Assembly (NCBI GenBank): GCA_042090305.1
Contig: JBELJQ010000004.1
Coordinates: 1,790-65,789, forward strand
Reading direction: 5' to 3'
DNA length: 64,000 nt
From: Pelagibacteraceae bacterium
GTDB taxonomy: Bacteria; Pseudomonadota; Alphaproteobacteria; Methylaequorales; Methylaequoraceae
This document shows, piece after piece, positions 19,158-29,445 of the stretch. The stretch's first letter is position 1, and every line of letters starts with the position of its first letter. A model generated the notes under the pieces. The model saw only the letters and a list, made by a program, of their open reading frames with translations. It did not search any database and was not told where the DNA came from. The position numbers and the translations under genes were made by a program.

Positions 19158-19205
19158 GTTAAATCATTTATATATTTTTATTTAAAATATTATTACAAAT
19201 ATTAT

Positions 19206-19592
19206 ATGAAAGTAATGAACAATTCAGATATTAAAAAAAAACTATCCTCTTTAGCCTTTGACGTAACTCAGAAAGGAGGAACAGAACCAGCATTTTCTGG
19301 TACCTATAATGATTTATTTGACAAAGGAGTTTACTTGTGTGTTTGCTGTAATACTGAACTTTTCAGTTCAGCACATAAATTTAAATCCAAAAGCGGTTGG
19401 CCAAGTTTTTTTAGACCAGTAAATGAAAATTGTTTAAAACATAAAGAGGATATATCTTATAATATGATAAGAGTGGAAATTTTGTGTAATACATGTAATT
19501 CGCATCTTGGTCATGTTTTTGATGATGGGCCAGAACCAACTTTTAAAAGATATTGTATAAACTCGGTAGCTCTTAAATTTGAGGAAAAATGA
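19206..19592 (+). CDS. msrB: Peptide-methionine (R)-S-oxide reductase
   Basis: CVCC...SGWPSFF...RVEILCNTCNSHLGHVFDDGP is the MsrB/SelR signature with both CxxC pairs. I chose the start at ATG 19206; the ORF call at 19119 would overlap thiO. Confidence 0.9.
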   Translation: MKVMNNSDIKKKLSSLAFDVTQKGGTEPAFSGTYNDLFDKGVYLCVCCNTELFSSAHKFKSKSGWPSFFRPVNENCLKHKEDISYNMIRVEILCNTCNSHLGHVFDDGPEPTFKRYCINSVALKFEEK

Positions 19593-20803
19593 ATAAATAT
19601 TTAAATTACTTTAATGAGAAACTTAATCACCTTAAAGATGAAGGCAACTACCGTGTATTTGCTGATTTAGAAAAACTAGCAAACAACTTCCCTAAGGCAC
19701 TTAATTACAAAAATGATGAAGTGTCTGAAGTTACAGTTTGGTGTAGTAACGATTACCTTGGTATGAGTCAAAACAGAAAAGTTCTTGATAGTATGGTTGA
19801 AGCCTTAAATAAAGTCGGTGCGGGCTCGGGAGGGACAAGAAATATATCCGGAACAAATCATTATCATGTATTACTAGAAAGAGAATTGTGTTATCTTCAT
19901 CAAAAAGAATCTGCCCTTTTATTTAACTCCGGTTATTTAGCTAATCAAGCAACTCTATCAACGCTAGGTAAAAATTTACCTGATGCTGTTTTTTTTTCTG
20001 ACGAAAAAAATCATTCCTCAATGATCCAAGGTATTAAAAACGCTAATACAAAAAAAGTGATTTTCAAACATAATGATTTAAAAGATTTAGAAAAAAAACT
20101 TCAATCTTATCCTGTAAATCAATTTAAAATTATTGCATTTGAATCAGTTTATTCAATGGACGGTGATTTTTCTCCTATTGAAGAAATTTGTAATCTAGCT
20201 GATAAATATAATGCCTTAACATTTTTAGATGAAGTCCACGCTGTAGGTATCTATGGCGAAAGAGGCGCTGGAGTTGCTGAAAAGCAGGAAGTAATGGATA
20301 GAGTTGATATTATTCAAGGCACACTTGCAAAGTCCTTTGGTGTTATTGGGGGATATGTAACAGGAAAAAAAGCAACTATTGACTTTGTTAGAAGTTTCGC
20401 ATCTGGATTCATTTTTACTACATCACTTCCTCCATGCATTGCTGCAGGAGCTTACACATCTATCCGTCATCTGAAATTCTCAAGTAAAGAAAGAGAACAA
20501 ATGCTAAAAAATATATTTGATCTCAAATCATCGTTAAGAAAAAAAAATATTCCATTTATTGATCATGGAAGTCATATTATACCTGTAATCATTGGTGATC
20601 CAAAACTTTGTAAAAAAGCCAGCGAGCTTCTACTTGAAGACTACAAAATTTATGTTCAACCTATAAATTTTCCCACTGTACCAAGAGGTACAGAAAGGTT
20701 AAGAATAACCGCATCACCTCTCCACGATAGCAAAATGATTCGTGAATTAGTTAAAGCACTAGATGATGTTTTCAAAATTTTAAAAATTCAAAATGCAGCT
20801 TAG
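19589..20803 (+). CDS. hemA: 5-aminolevulinate synthase
   Basis: 404 aa alpha-oxoamine synthase. NYRVFADLEK...VTVWCSNDYLGMSQ and the PLP-lysine region GTLAKSFG are typical of alphaproteobacterial ALAS. An alternative call is another AONS-family enzyme. Confidence 0.85.
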   Translation: MNKYLNYFNEKLNHLKDEGNYRVFADLEKLANNFPKALNYKNDEVSEVTVWCSNDYLGMSQNRKVLDSMVEALNKVGAGSGGTRNISGTNHYHVLLERELCYLHQKESALLFNSGYLANQATLSTLGKNLPDAVFFSDEKNHSSMIQGIKNANTKKVIFKHNDLKDLEKKLQSYPVNQFKIIAFESVYSMDGDFSPIEEICNLADKYNALTFLDEVHAVGIYGERGAGVAEKQEVMDRVDIIQGTLAKSFGVIGGYVTGKKATIDFVRSFASGFIFTTSLPPCIAAGAYTSIRHLKFSSKEREQMLKNIFDLKSSLRKKNIPFIDHGSHIIPVIIGDPKLCKKASELLLEDYKIYVQPINFPTVPRGTERLRITASPLHDSKMIRELVKALDDVFKILKIQNAA

Positions 20804-20815
20804 GCGACTAGGAAA

Positions 20816-21385
20816 TTATGGAGATAAAATTTTCTTTTCCCATTTGCTATTTTTGAGAGAAATAAATTCTCTTTGATGTAATCTGAAATTTCCCTGCATC
20901 CAGAATTCAAAATCCCTGGGTTTGATTAAAATCCCTCTCCAATAACTTGGCCTGGGAACTTCAATATTATTAAATTTTTTTTCATAGAATTTTACTCTAT
21001 CCTCTAAGAATTTTCTGCCTGGAATTTTTGATGATTGTCTTGATGCCCATGCTCCAATCTGACTACCTCTTGGCCGTTCAGAAAAGTATTTATCAGATTT
21101 TTTTTCACTAATTAAAAAACCTTTTCCATTTATTCTTACTTGTCTATTGATAGGTTCCCAATAAAAGCACATCGAAAGATAAGGGTTTTTTTTAAAATGT
21201 TTACCCTTATTACTGTTGAGATTAGTAAAGAAAATAAAACCTTCACTCGTTATATGTTTAAGAAGGACCATTCTTACATTTGGTTTGCCGTTAAATTCTG
21301 TTCCAAGTGCAAAAGAAGTTGGATCAATTGAATCTATTTTTTTTGCTATTTTAAACCAGTCTTTAAATTTATTAAAAGGATTCAT
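20816..21385 (-). CDS. pdxH: Pyridoxamine 5'-phosphate oxidase
   Basis: 189 aa. PNVRMVLLK, RQVRI.G, GAWAS.QS and EFWQGxxxRLHxR-like (EFWMQGNFRLHQRE) motifs. Confidence 0.92.
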   Translation of the reverse strand: MNPFNKFKDWFKIAKKIDSIDPTSFALGTEFNGKPNVRMVLLKHITSEGFIFFTNLNSNKGKHFKKNPYLSMCFYWEPINRQVRINGKGFLISEKKSDKYFSERPRGSQIGAWASRQSSKIPGRKFLEDRVKFYEKKFNNIEVPRPSYWRGILIKPRDFEFWMQGNFRLHQREFISLKNSKWEKKILSP

Positions 21386-21447
21386 TTTTTTTTTTTAAAA
21401 ATGTAATATACAATTATTAATCTATTATAATTATTAGGTTTTTTTTT

Positions 21448-22263
21448 ATGAATTCAATTATTAATTTAAAAGATAAAAAAGGGGTCATCTTTGGGATTGC
21501 CAATAACAGGTCTATTGCTTGGGGAATTGCTGAAAAGCTTCACGAATGTGGTGCTAAGCTAGCATTCTCATATGTAAATGATTCTATAAAGAAAAGAGTT
21601 GTACCTCTTGCAGAAAAGTGTGATTCTAACTTAGTATTTGAATGTGATGTAAAGGATGACAAAAGTATTACTTCATTTTTTAGCAAACTTTCAGAAAAAT
21701 GGAGTGAAATAGATTTTATAGTTCATTCAATCGCGTATTCTGATAAAGATGAATTAAAAGGTGATTATGTTGATACAACAAGAGAGAACTTTCTCAACAC
21801 CCTAGAAGTTTCTTGTTATTCACTTACGGCAATTTGTCAAAAAGCAAAAGTATTAATGAAAAATGATGGGAAAATTTTAACTCTATCTTATCTTGGTGCC
21901 GAAAGGGTAATGCCTCACTACAATGTTATGGGTGTCGCCAAATCAGCACTTGAAACTAGTGTAAAATACTTAGCTGCAGACTTAGGTAAATATAATATTA
22001 GAATTAATGCCGTTTCTGCTGGACCAATTAAAACACTTGCAGCTTCAGGTATATCCGACTTCAGATATATACTTAAATGGAATGAATACAACTCACCAAT
22101 GAGAAGAGGAACAAATATTAATGAAGTTGGTTTAAACTCTATATATCTTTTGTCAGATCTCTCATCTGGAGTTACTGGAGAGGTTGTACATGTAGACTGT
22201 GGCTATCACGTAGTAGGAATGAAAGCAGTTGATGCGCCTGATATTTCGGTGGATCAAGAATAA
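21448..22263 (+). CDS. fabI: Enoyl-[acyl-carrier-protein] reductase (NADH)
   Basis: 271 aa. [13 protein letters not shown], the catalytic [12 protein letters not shown] and [17 protein letters not shown]. Confidence 0.93.
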   Translation: MNSIINLKDKKGVIFGIANNRSIAWGIAEKLHECGAKLAFSYVNDSIKKRVVPLAEKCDSNLVFECDVKDDKSITSFFSKLSEKWSEIDFIVHSIAYSDKDELKGDYVDTTRENFLNTLEVSCYSLTAICQKAKVLMKNDGKILTLSYLGAERVMPHYNVMGVAKSALETSVKYLAADLGKYNIRINAVSAGPIKTLAASGISDFRYILKWNEYNSPMRRGTNINEVGLNSIYLLSDLSSGVTGEVVHVDCGYHVVGMKAVDAPDISVDQE

Positions 22264-23327
22264 TGACCGGGAGTAGTTTTGGTAAACTTTTCAAAGTAAC
22301 AACATGGGGAGAAAGTCATGGTGATGCAATAGGTTGTGTGGTTGAAGGAGTTCCTCCTAATTTAAGTTTAAATGAATCTTTTATTCAAAAAGACCTAGAT
22401 AGACGAAAACCTGGTCAGTCAAAATTTACAACACAGAGAAAAGAAAATGATAAAGTTAAAATTTTATCAGGAACTTTTGATGGGAAAACCACCGGAACAC
22501 CTATTTCATTGATAATATATAATGAAGACCAAAAATCAAAAGATTACAAAGATATAAAAAATAAATTTAGACCTGGGCATGCAGATTTAACTTATTTTTT
22601 AAAATATGGAATAAGGGATTATAGAGGTGGTGGAAGAGCTTCTGCTAGAGAAACAGCTATGAGAGTTGCTGCTGGTTCAATAGCAAAAAAAATTCTCGGA
22701 AAAAAAATAAAGGTTAGAGGTGCATTAATTCAAATTGGAAATAAAAAAATTAATCATAAAAACTGGGATTGGAGCCAAACCTCAAAAAATTCATTTTTTT
22801 CTCCAGACTCTGATGTAATTAAAAAGTGGGAAAATTATTTAACTCAAATCAGGAAATCAGGATCATCAATTGGTGCTATTATTAAAATTGTGGCATCAGG
22901 AGTCCCAGCAGGACTAGGTGAACCAGTTTTTGATAAACTTGACGCATTGATTGGTCATGCAATTATGAGCATTCCAGCAGTAAAAGGAGTTGAAGTCGGA
23001 AGAGGTTTTGAAAGTGCTGAGCTTACTGGTGAAGAAAATGCTGACAAGATAGTTTATAAAAACAAAAAAATAAATTTTAAGTCGAATAATGCTGGTGGTA
23101 CCCTTGGAGGAATTTCGTCTGGACAAGATATTGTAGTAAATTTTGCCGTAAAGCCAACAAGCTCAATTCTTAAAGAAGTTGATACTATCGATTTAGATGG
23201 TAAAAATACATCAATAAAAACAAAGGGTAGACATGATCCTTGTGTAGGTATTAGAGCGGTACCTATTGGTGAAGCAATGATTTCAATGTTGCTTGCAGAT
23301 TTATTTCTAATTAATAAAATCTATTAG
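22263..23327 (+). CDS. aroC: Chorismate synthase
   Basis: 354 aa. [25 protein letters not shown] and GRHDPCVG motifs. Confidence 0.95.
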   Translation: MTGSSFGKLFKVTTWGESHGDAIGCVVEGVPPNLSLNESFIQKDLDRRKPGQSKFTTQRKENDKVKILSGTFDGKTTGTPISLIIYNEDQKSKDYKDIKNKFRPGHADLTYFLKYGIRDYRGGGRASARETAMRVAAGSIAKKILGKKIKVRGALIQIGNKKINHKNWDWSQTSKNSFFSPDSDVIKKWENYLTQIRKSGSSIGAIIKIVASGVPAGLGEPVFDKLDALIGHAIMSIPAVKGVEVGRGFESAELTGEENADKIVYKNKKINFKSNNAGGTLGGISSGQDIVVNFAVKPTSSILKEVDTIDLDGKNTSIKTKGRHDPCVGIRAVPIGEAMISMLLADLFLINKIY

Positions 23328-23329
23328 AT

Positions 23330-24094
23330 TTAATTCTTCACATATATAAAAAATTCTTTATTACCTTTTTGCCCTAAAATTGGACTCTCTATAATTTTTA
23401 ATGAGACACCAACGAAATTCTCAGAAAACCATGTTTTTATATCTTCACACACATATTTGTGAACATTACTATCTTTAATAATACCTCCCCTCCCAACATC
23501 CTTTCTTTTTGATTCAAATTGAGGCTTTATAAGCGATATAATTATAAATTTCTTATTTAAAAATTTTTTTACATGTAAAAAAAATTTTTTTACTGAAATA
23601 AAACTTACATCGCATACCACTATATCGATCAAAACAGGAATATGATCCTTGGTTAGGTTTTTAATATTTAATCTTTCAAATAAAGAAATTTTATTTGATT
23701 TTCTTAAGTTCCAATCAAATTGACCATACCCAACGTCTACTGAAAAAATTTGTTTGGCATTTTTCTGTAATAAAACTTCACTAAATCCTCCGGTTGAACA
23801 ACCAATATCTAAACATACTTTATTGGTCACATTAATTTTAAATTTATGTAGAGCATCATTTAGCTTTATTCCACCTCTTGATACCCAAGTAGTTTCTCTT
23901 TTTTTTATCTTTAAGATTGAATTGGCCTTTATTATTTTCCCTGCTTTTTCAATTTTTTTATCATCTATGAAAACATAACCAGACATTATAATTCCATTAG
24001 CCTTATTCCTTGAATCAACAATATTTAGTTTAAGTAAGATTTGGTCAAGACGGTGATCTGATAAATATTCTGGAACTTTATATTCTTCAAACAA
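23330..24094 (-). CDS. tlyA: TlyA-family 16S/23S rRNA (cytidine-2'-O)-methyltransferase
   Basis: 254 aa. N-terminal S4 domain (RLDQILLKLNIV.SRNKA) plus an FtsJ-type SAM site (LDIGCSTGGFSE). Confidence 0.85.
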   Translation of the reverse strand: MFEEYKVPEYLSDHRLDQILLKLNIVDSRNKANGIIMSGYVFIDDKKIEKAGKIIKANSILKIKKRETTWVSRGGIKLNDALHKFKINVTNKVCLDIGCSTGGFSEVLLQKNAKQIFSVDVGYGQFDWNLRKSNKISLFERLNIKNLTKDHIPVLIDIVVCDVSFISVKKFFLHVKKFLNKKFIIISLIKPQFESKRKDVGRGGIIKDSNVHKYVCEDIKTWFSENFVGVSLKIIESPILGQKGNKEFFIYVKN

Positions 24095-24099
24095 ACTTA

Positions 24100-24990
24100 T
24101 TATCTATCTCTTGAAATTATATAATCAGTGATTTCATTGAGTCTCTTAGATTTTTTACCAAAAATATCTAAGATCTCTTTTGCCTTTGAAATGAGTTCTA
24201 TGGATTTATCTTTAGCATTTTCTTTACCCAATACAGAGATAAATGTTTCTTTTCCTCTCAATATATCTTTTCTTGTTTTTTTACCAATTTGCTTAACATC
24301 GCCTTCTACATCAAGTAAGTCATCCTTGATTTGGAAGGCTAAACCGAGATGATCAGAAAATTTCTCAAATTTATCGATATATTTACTTCTGGCTAAAATG
24401 GGGCCAGCAATACAAGAAAATCTAAATAATTGGCCGGTTTTAAGGCGTTGAAGAAGTATAATTTGATCTAAAGAAAGTTTTTTATTTTCAGCTACTAAAT
24501 CTAGCATTTGTCCAGCTACCATTCCATTCAAGCCCGATGATTTAGATAATTCATTTACTAAAGTAATTCTAATGTCTGACTTTAGTTCTGTCTTCTTATC
24601 TGATAGTATTTGAAACGCTAATGTTTGTAATGCATCTCCAACTAAAATTGCCGTTGCTTCATCAAATTTTTTGTGGCAAGTTTGACGTCCTCTTCGTAAA
24701 TCGTCATCATCCATTGCTGGCAAGTCATCATGTACCAAGGAATAACAATGCATAAACTCAATAGCTGCAGCTGCTCGAAAACTTTTTGATTTACTTACAC
24801 CTAAGATTTTTGAAATTTCTGTTACAAACATTGGTCTAAGTCTTTTTCCACCAACACTCACAACATAAACGATTGCATCATAGAGTTTATTTGAAAAGAA
24901 GTTGTTTTTAGGAATTAATTGTATAAGTTTTTTATCAAAGTCTTTTGAAAACTTTTTAATATAGTTTTCTATATTTTTTTTTTTATTCAT
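24100..24990 (-). CDS. ispA: (2E,6E)-farnesyl diphosphate synthase
   Basis: 296 aa polyprenyl synthase with LVHDDLPAMDDDDLRRG and FQIKDDLLD boxes. It sits in the conserved position directly after xseB. Confidence 0.88.
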   Translation of the reverse strand: MNKKKNIENYIKKFSKDFDKKLIQLIPKNNFFSNKLYDAIVYVVSVGGKRLRPMFVTEISKILGVSKSKSFRAAAAIEFMHCYSLVHDDLPAMDDDDLRRGRQTCHKKFDEATAILVGDALQTLAFQILSDKKTELKSDIRITLVNELSKSSGLNGMVAGQMLDLVAENKKLSLDQIILLQRLKTGQLFRFSCIAGPILARSKYIDKFEKFSDHLGLAFQIKDDLLDVEGDVKQIGKKTRKDILRGKETFISVLGKENAKDKSIELISKAKEILDIFGKKSKRLNEITDYIISRDR

Positions 24991-25207
24991 TCTTATCAGT
25001 ATTATTTTCTACTACTTTTTTTATTTTCATTTCAGCTTTTTTCAATTTATCTTCGCAATGATTTTTCAAAAGCATTCCCTCTTCATAAAGTTCAATAGAT
25101 TTCTCTAGTGCAACTTCGCCACTTTCGAGCTTTTCTAAAATTTGATTTAACCTTTCAAAAGCTTCTTCAAAACTAAGTTCTTCAATTTCTTTAATCATTT
25201 TGTTCAA
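24983..25207 (-). CDS. xseB: Exodeoxyribonuclease VII small subunit
   Basis: 74 aa. SFEEAFERLNQILEKLESGEVALEKSIELYEEG is the canonical XseB helix pair. Confidence 0.9.
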   Translation of the reverse strand: MNKMIKEIEELSFEEAFERLNQILEKLESGEVALEKSIELYEEGMLLKNHCEDKLKKAEMKIKKVVENNTDKNE

Positions 25208-25447
25208 CTAATACTTTTCTAATCTGAAAAAAAAGAGGTTATTTTTTTCTTTTTTATCTAACAGTTTAATTTTAATAGATTTACAGAGATTATTAATATC
25301 ATTTTCTGAGCTTGGGTCATCTAATTTAGCATGAATTATATCACCAATTTGTATTTCTTTAAATTTTTTGGATAATTTAAGAATTGGTATTGGACATTTT
25401 AAACCAATGAGATTTAAATCATATATTTTATTTTTCATTTTTTTCAT
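25208..25447 (-). CDS. TusA/SirA-family sulfurtransferase-like protein
   Basis: 79 aa. LIGLKCPIPILK carries the CPxP active-site motif. Confidence 0.75.
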   Translation of the reverse strand: MKKMKNKIYDLNLIGLKCPIPILKLSKKFKEIQIGDIIHAKLDDPSSENDINNLCKSIKIKLLDKKEKNNLFFFRLEKY

Positions 25448-25547
25448 AAAAATTTAACTAATGATACAAAATTTAAAAAAAAATCAAATATAATTGATAT
25501 TAAATTTTTCTCGACTAAAATAACTTAATTAATGAGGAAATATCTAA

Positions 25548-26534
25548 GTGATTAAAAAGTTTATATTTACTTGTTGTTTTTTGTTTGTATTTATCATTTT
25601 AAAAACAACTATCGTAAAATCTGATGACATCCAAAAGATAAGAGTTGGTTCACTTCAGTATGGAAGTGTAAATTGGGAACTTAAGCTTATTAAAGAGCTA
25701 GGTTTGGACATACAAAACAATTTCGAATTAGAAATAATAGAGCTTGCAAGTAAAAATGCTGCAGCCGTTGCTTTACAAGGTGGAGCTGTTGATATGATTG
25801 TAACTGATTGGTTTTGGGTTTCAAGACAGAGAAGTGAAGGAAGGCTATTTACTTTTGTCCCTCATTCAATGGCAGCTGGAGGATTAATTGTACACAATGA
25901 ATCCGGTATTTCAGAATTATCCGACCTTGAGGGAAAAAAAATTGGGATTGCCGGGGGGCAAGTCGATAAAAGTTGGTTGATATTCAGAACGTATTTTAAG
26001 AAAAAGTTTAATAAGGACTTAAAAAAATCATCTGACCAAATATTTGGAGCACCTCCACTCTTAAATAAAAAAATTAAGCAAAAAAGCTTTGATGCGATTT
26101 TAACATACTGGCCATATCAAGCAAAATTAATGACCGATGATAACTTTTCTAAAATTATCAATATTACCGACATAATAGAAAAACTTGATATTCCAAGGGG
26201 CGTTCCTGTTATCGGATGGGTATTCAAAGATAGTTGGGCAGGAAAAAATGAAAAGCTGTTAAACGATTTTTTATCAGTATCCGATAAATCTAAAAAGCTA
26301 ATGCTTGAATCAGACGACATCTGGAAAAAAATTAGACCAAACATGAATGCCAGTAATGAAAAACTTTTTTTTAGTTTAAGAGAAGCTTATCGCGAGGGTA
26401 TACCAAAAAGTAATTTCTCTGACGACCAAATATCTGGTTCCGCAAAACTATATTCAATCTTATCAAAAATAGGTGGTAAAGAACTGGTGGGAAAAGCCGA
26501 TGTGCTATCTCCAGGCACATTTTGGAGTAAGTAA
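25548..26534 (+). CDS. ABC transporter periplasmic substrate-binding protein (NMT1/THI5-SsuA/TauA-like)
   Basis: 328 aa, GTG start preceded by GAGGAAA, with a signal peptide. It has the general pattern of NitT/TauT-type binding proteins. Its partners are a NitT/TauT-type permease and ATPase. The substrate is not assignable by eye. Confidence 0.7.
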   Translation: MIKKFIFTCCFLFVFIILKTTIVKSDDIQKIRVGSLQYGSVNWELKLIKELGLDIQNNFELEIIELASKNAAAVALQGGAVDMIVTDWFWVSRQRSEGRLFTFVPHSMAAGGLIVHNESGISELSDLEGKKIGIAGGQVDKSWLIFRTYFKKKFNKDLKKSSDQIFGAPPLLNKKIKQKSFDAILTYWPYQAKLMTDDNFSKIINITDIIEKLDIPRGVPVIGWVFKDSWAGKNEKLLNDFLSVSDKSKKLMLESDDIWKKIRPNMNASNEKLFFSLREAYREGIPKSNFSDDQISGSAKLYSILSKIGGKELVGKADVLSPGTFWSK

Positions 26535-26535
26535 A

Positions 26536-27285
26536 ATGAATTCAAATATCCCCAATGCATTCTTGAGAATAGCATCTGTAAGTCTTTTTTTTTTGATTTG
26601 GGAAATATCTAGTCGACTTTTAGAAGTAGATCTACTTCCAGGGCCAGAAAGTGTTTTCGTAAAAATAATTGAGGAATTAAATAATGAAGAACTCATATTT
26701 CATACTTCAATAACGCTCAAAAGAGTTTTTATATCATTTTGTATAGCTATGCTAATTGGTTCTTTTTTTGGAATATACATGGGCAGAAAAGAGAGATTAA
26801 ATACTTTTTTGGACGATTGGTTAGTTTTAGGATTAAATGTTCCCGCCCTTGTTATAATAATTTTATGCTATGTCTGGTTTGGTTTAAATGAAGTTGCTGC
26901 AATTTTGGCTGTTTCTTTAAATAAAATTCCCATGGTTGCTGTCATTATGAGAGAGGGTGCACGGTCAATTGAACAGGATTATGTTGATGTGGGCAAATTC
27001 TACCAAATATCTAAAAAAAAATTCTTCACCAAGATTTTTCTTCCTCAGCTTTACCCTTATGTATTATCTTCAGCAAGGTCTGGATTATCCTTAATTTGGA
27101 AAATTGTTCTAGTCGTTGAGTTATTAGGAAGAAGTAATGGCGTAGGTTTTAAACTTTATGGTTTTTTTCAGTTTTTTGATATAGCTGGTATTCTTGCCTA
27201 TACTCTGGTATTTGTTTTATTAATAATTTTTGTTGAATTTGTAATAGTTCGGCCATTTGAAAAGAAAATTTCAATTTGGAGATAA
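26536..27285 (+). CDS. ABC transporter permease (NitT/TauT family)
   Basis: About 249 aa from ATG 26536, one nt after the SBP stop. Multi-TM protein with a BPD_transp_1-like loop. The ORF-track start at 26473 would overlap the SBP gene. Confidence 0.8.
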   Translation: MNSNIPNAFLRIASVSLFFLIWEISSRLLEVDLLPGPESVFVKIIEELNNEELIFHTSITLKRVFISFCIAMLIGSFFGIYMGRKERLNTFLDDWLVLGLNVPALVIIILCYVWFGLNEVAAILAVSLNKIPMVAVIMREGARSIEQDYVDVGKFYQISKKKFFTKIFLPQLYPYVLSSARSGLSLIWKIVLVVELLGRSNGVGFKLYGFFQFFDIAGILAYTLVFVLLIIFVEFVIVRPFEKKISIWR

Positions 27286-27286
27286 T

Positions 27287-28042
27287 ATGGGTTATGAAAT
27301 AAAAATCAAAAATAAAACATTTATCAATAAGCATGATGATAAAACAGTACAAGTACTTAAAAACATTGATATAAAAATCAAGTCAAATGAGTTCGTTTGC
27401 ATTGTTGGGCCATCAGGCTGTGGAAAAACAACGCTTATGAATATTATTGGTGGTTTAACCCCATGCGATGGTCATGAATTCATTGAGGATAAGTCAAAAT
27501 TAGAGGATGAAAAAAACTTTGGTTATGTATTCCAGACTTCAAGACTACTTCCATGGCTTACAGTAAAAGAAAATATCGAGCTAGTTTGTAAGAATATTAC
27601 TCTTGAAATTAATAACCAAATCGATGAACTATTAGGGGATTTTGACTTAAAAGACTTCGCAAACTACTACCCAAAAGCAATTTCAGGCGGTATGAGAAGA
27701 AGGGTTTCACTCGTTCGTTCTTTAATAAATAAACCAAAAATTCTTCTAATGGACGAACCTTTTATTTCTTTAGATCAACCTACAGCTGAAAACCTTTACA
27801 AAGTTTTAATTGATTATTGGAAAAAAAATCCCATTACTGTAATTCTTATTACTCATAATCTTAAAGAAGCATTACTTTTATCAGATAGGATACTTTTCTT
27901 CTCAAAAAGACCAGCTACAGTTGTGTATGACCATAAAGTGAATAGCAGCAGAGGTAAATTAAAAATGGATAATAAAGAAATAGACAATGAATATGAAAGA
28001 CTTAATAAAAAATTCCCCTCTATACTCAAAGGATTAATTTAA
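27287..28042 (+). CDS. ABC transporter ATP-binding protein (NitT/TauT family)
   Basis: Walker A GPSGCGKTT, signature ISGGMRRRVSL, Walker B ILLMDEPF. Start at ATG 27287, one nt after the permease stop. Confidence 0.9.
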   Translation: MGYEIKIKNKTFINKHDDKTVQVLKNIDIKIKSNEFVCIVGPSGCGKTTLMNIIGGLTPCDGHEFIEDKSKLEDEKNFGYVFQTSRLLPWLTVKENIELVCKNITLEINNQIDELLGDFDLKDFANYYPKAISGGMRRRVSLVRSLINKPKILLMDEPFISLDQPTAENLYKVLIDYWKKNPITVILITHNLKEALLLSDRILFFSKRPATVVYDHKVNSSRGKLKMDNKEIDNEYERLNKKFPSILKGLI

Positions 28043-28052
28043 AGTAACCATA

Positions 28053-28655
28053 ATGGAACAAATTTCTAACTACTTAGACAAGGGTGGGGTTATTTTTATT
28101 GCTCTAGCTCTATTATCAGTATTTTCTATAACTATTATTATTTATAAATTTCTTGAAATATACTTTTTAAGTAATTTAAACCTTAAAAAAATCCTAAAGG
28201 ATCCAGAATTATATTCTGATTTAGATTTACTTACATCATCTATAGAGAAATTCCCACCTAAAAAAAAAGATACTATTAGCGAATTTATTAATCTAGCCAG
28301 AATATTGAAAGAAAGAAAAAACATAGAGGATGATATTTATATTTACGTAAATAATAAATTTAAAGATATTCAATTTATGATGCCTAGTTTGGAAATTATA
28401 TCACAAGTTAGCCCACTGATAGGACTTTTAGGTACAGTTATAGGAATGATAGATTCATTTAACGAGTTAGAATTAGGGGGGAGCTTAGTTGATCCTTCAA
28501 TTTTAGCAGGTGGAATTTGGACTGCATTATTAACAACTGCTATGGGTTTATTAGTTGCAATCCCAGCTTTAGTGGCGCATTATTTTTTTGAAAAAAGAAT
28601 AAATTACCTTCAAGAATCTTATTCTATTTTTCTTTTCAAAATTATCAAAAACTAA
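28053..28655 (+). CDS. exbB: MotA/TolQ/ExbB proton-channel family protein (ExbB)
   Basis: 200 aa. The C-terminal core PLIGLLGTVIGMI...TALLTTAMGLLVAIPALVAHYFF is the ExbB/TolQ signature. It is followed by two ExbD genes and tonB. Confidence 0.88.
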   Translation: MEQISNYLDKGGVIFIALALLSVFSITIIIYKFLEIYFLSNLNLKKILKDPELYSDLDLLTSSIEKFPPKKKDTISEFINLARILKERKNIEDDIYIYVNNKFKDIQFMMPSLEIISQVSPLIGLLGTVIGMIDSFNELELGGSLVDPSILAGGIWTALLTTAMGLLVAIPALVAHYFFEKRINYLQESYSIFLFKIIKN

Positions 28656-28661
28656 TCTGAT

Positions 28662-29060
28662 ATGAAAATAAGGTTAATTGTCAAAAAGAATAAAGTAAAT
28701 ATTATTCCTCTAATTGATATAATATTTTTAATGCTTGTTTTTTTTATGCTTGCAACAAATTTTAGTGAACATAAAGAGTTAAATTTTTTATCTAATAGTA
28801 AAAAAGAGACTATAAATGAAGCTAACGAAGATAAGATCTTTGTAATTAAAATTATTGACAATGAATATATAATTAAAGGTAAGAAGGTTTTAGTCAATGA
28901 TATAGAAGAAAACTTCTTAAAAAAGTGGGCATCACTTAGTTTCAAAAAGGTTGTTGTTATCAATGATAAAAAATCAAAATTTCAGCAATTAATATCAATT
29001 CTAGATCTTATTAACAAGTATGGAATAAAAAATGTTAACTTTTCGAACGAACCATCATAA
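28662..29060 (+). CDS. exbD: Biopolymer transport protein ExbD/TolR (copy 1)
   Basis: 132 aa. The N-terminal IIPLIDIIFLMLVFFML anchor carries the conserved Asp. Periplasmic domain of the expected size. Confidence 0.85.
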   Translation: MKIRLIVKKNKVNIIPLIDIIFLMLVFFMLATNFSEHKELNFLSNSKKETINEANEDKIFVIKIIDNEYIIKGKKVLVNDIEENFLKKWASLSFKKVVVINDKKSKFQQLISILDLINKYGIKNVNFSNEPS

Positions 29061-29445
29061 AAAAAATTTAAGCGACTCGATTAATCTCATTCCTATGATT
29101 AATTTAATATTTTTGTTACTTATTTTTTTCATGCTTACTGGTGTAATAAAACAAAAAGATGTCGTAGAAATCGATAGACCTATTTCAATTAATGGAATTA
29201 AAGGTGATTTATCTCAAAATCAAATTCTAATAAGTGTAAATGATAGTGGAGATATATTTTTAAATAACGATGAAATAAAAATCCAAAACCTAGATGCATC
29301 TATCAACTTACTTGAAGGAAAAATTATTATTGATATAGATAAAAACACAAGTATTTATGACTTTAATAAAGTTCTAGAAAAAATTAAGAAAGTAAATAAA
29401 AAAGAAGTTTTTGTAAAAGTTAAAGATAAGGCAAATGACCGATAA
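29032..29445 (+). CDS. exbD: Biopolymer transport protein ExbD/TolR (copy 2)
   Basis: 137 aa. It has an INLIPMINLIFLLLIFFML anchor. Note that Asn replaces the usual Asp in the LIPMIN segment. The start is uncertain because it overlaps copy 1 by 29 nt. Confidence 0.8.
   Translation: MLTFRTNHHKKNLSDSINLIPMINLIFLLLIFFMLTGVIKQKDVVEIDRPISINGIKGDLSQNQILISVNDSGDIFLNNDEIKIQNLDASINLLEGKIIIDIDKNTSIYDFNKVLEKIKKVNKKEVFVKVKDKANDR

Noticed and set aside
25548-28042. Idea that the ABC importer is ThiXYZ (the pyrimidine-precursor salvage transporter whose binding protein is THI5/NMT1-like), which would tie it to the thiamin genes in the window.
   Set aside because: I cannot distinguish ThiY from SsuA, TauA or other NMT1-like binding proteins by eye, and no THI-box precedes the operon. 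It is kept only as a check within the Ton/ABC finding, not as a call.
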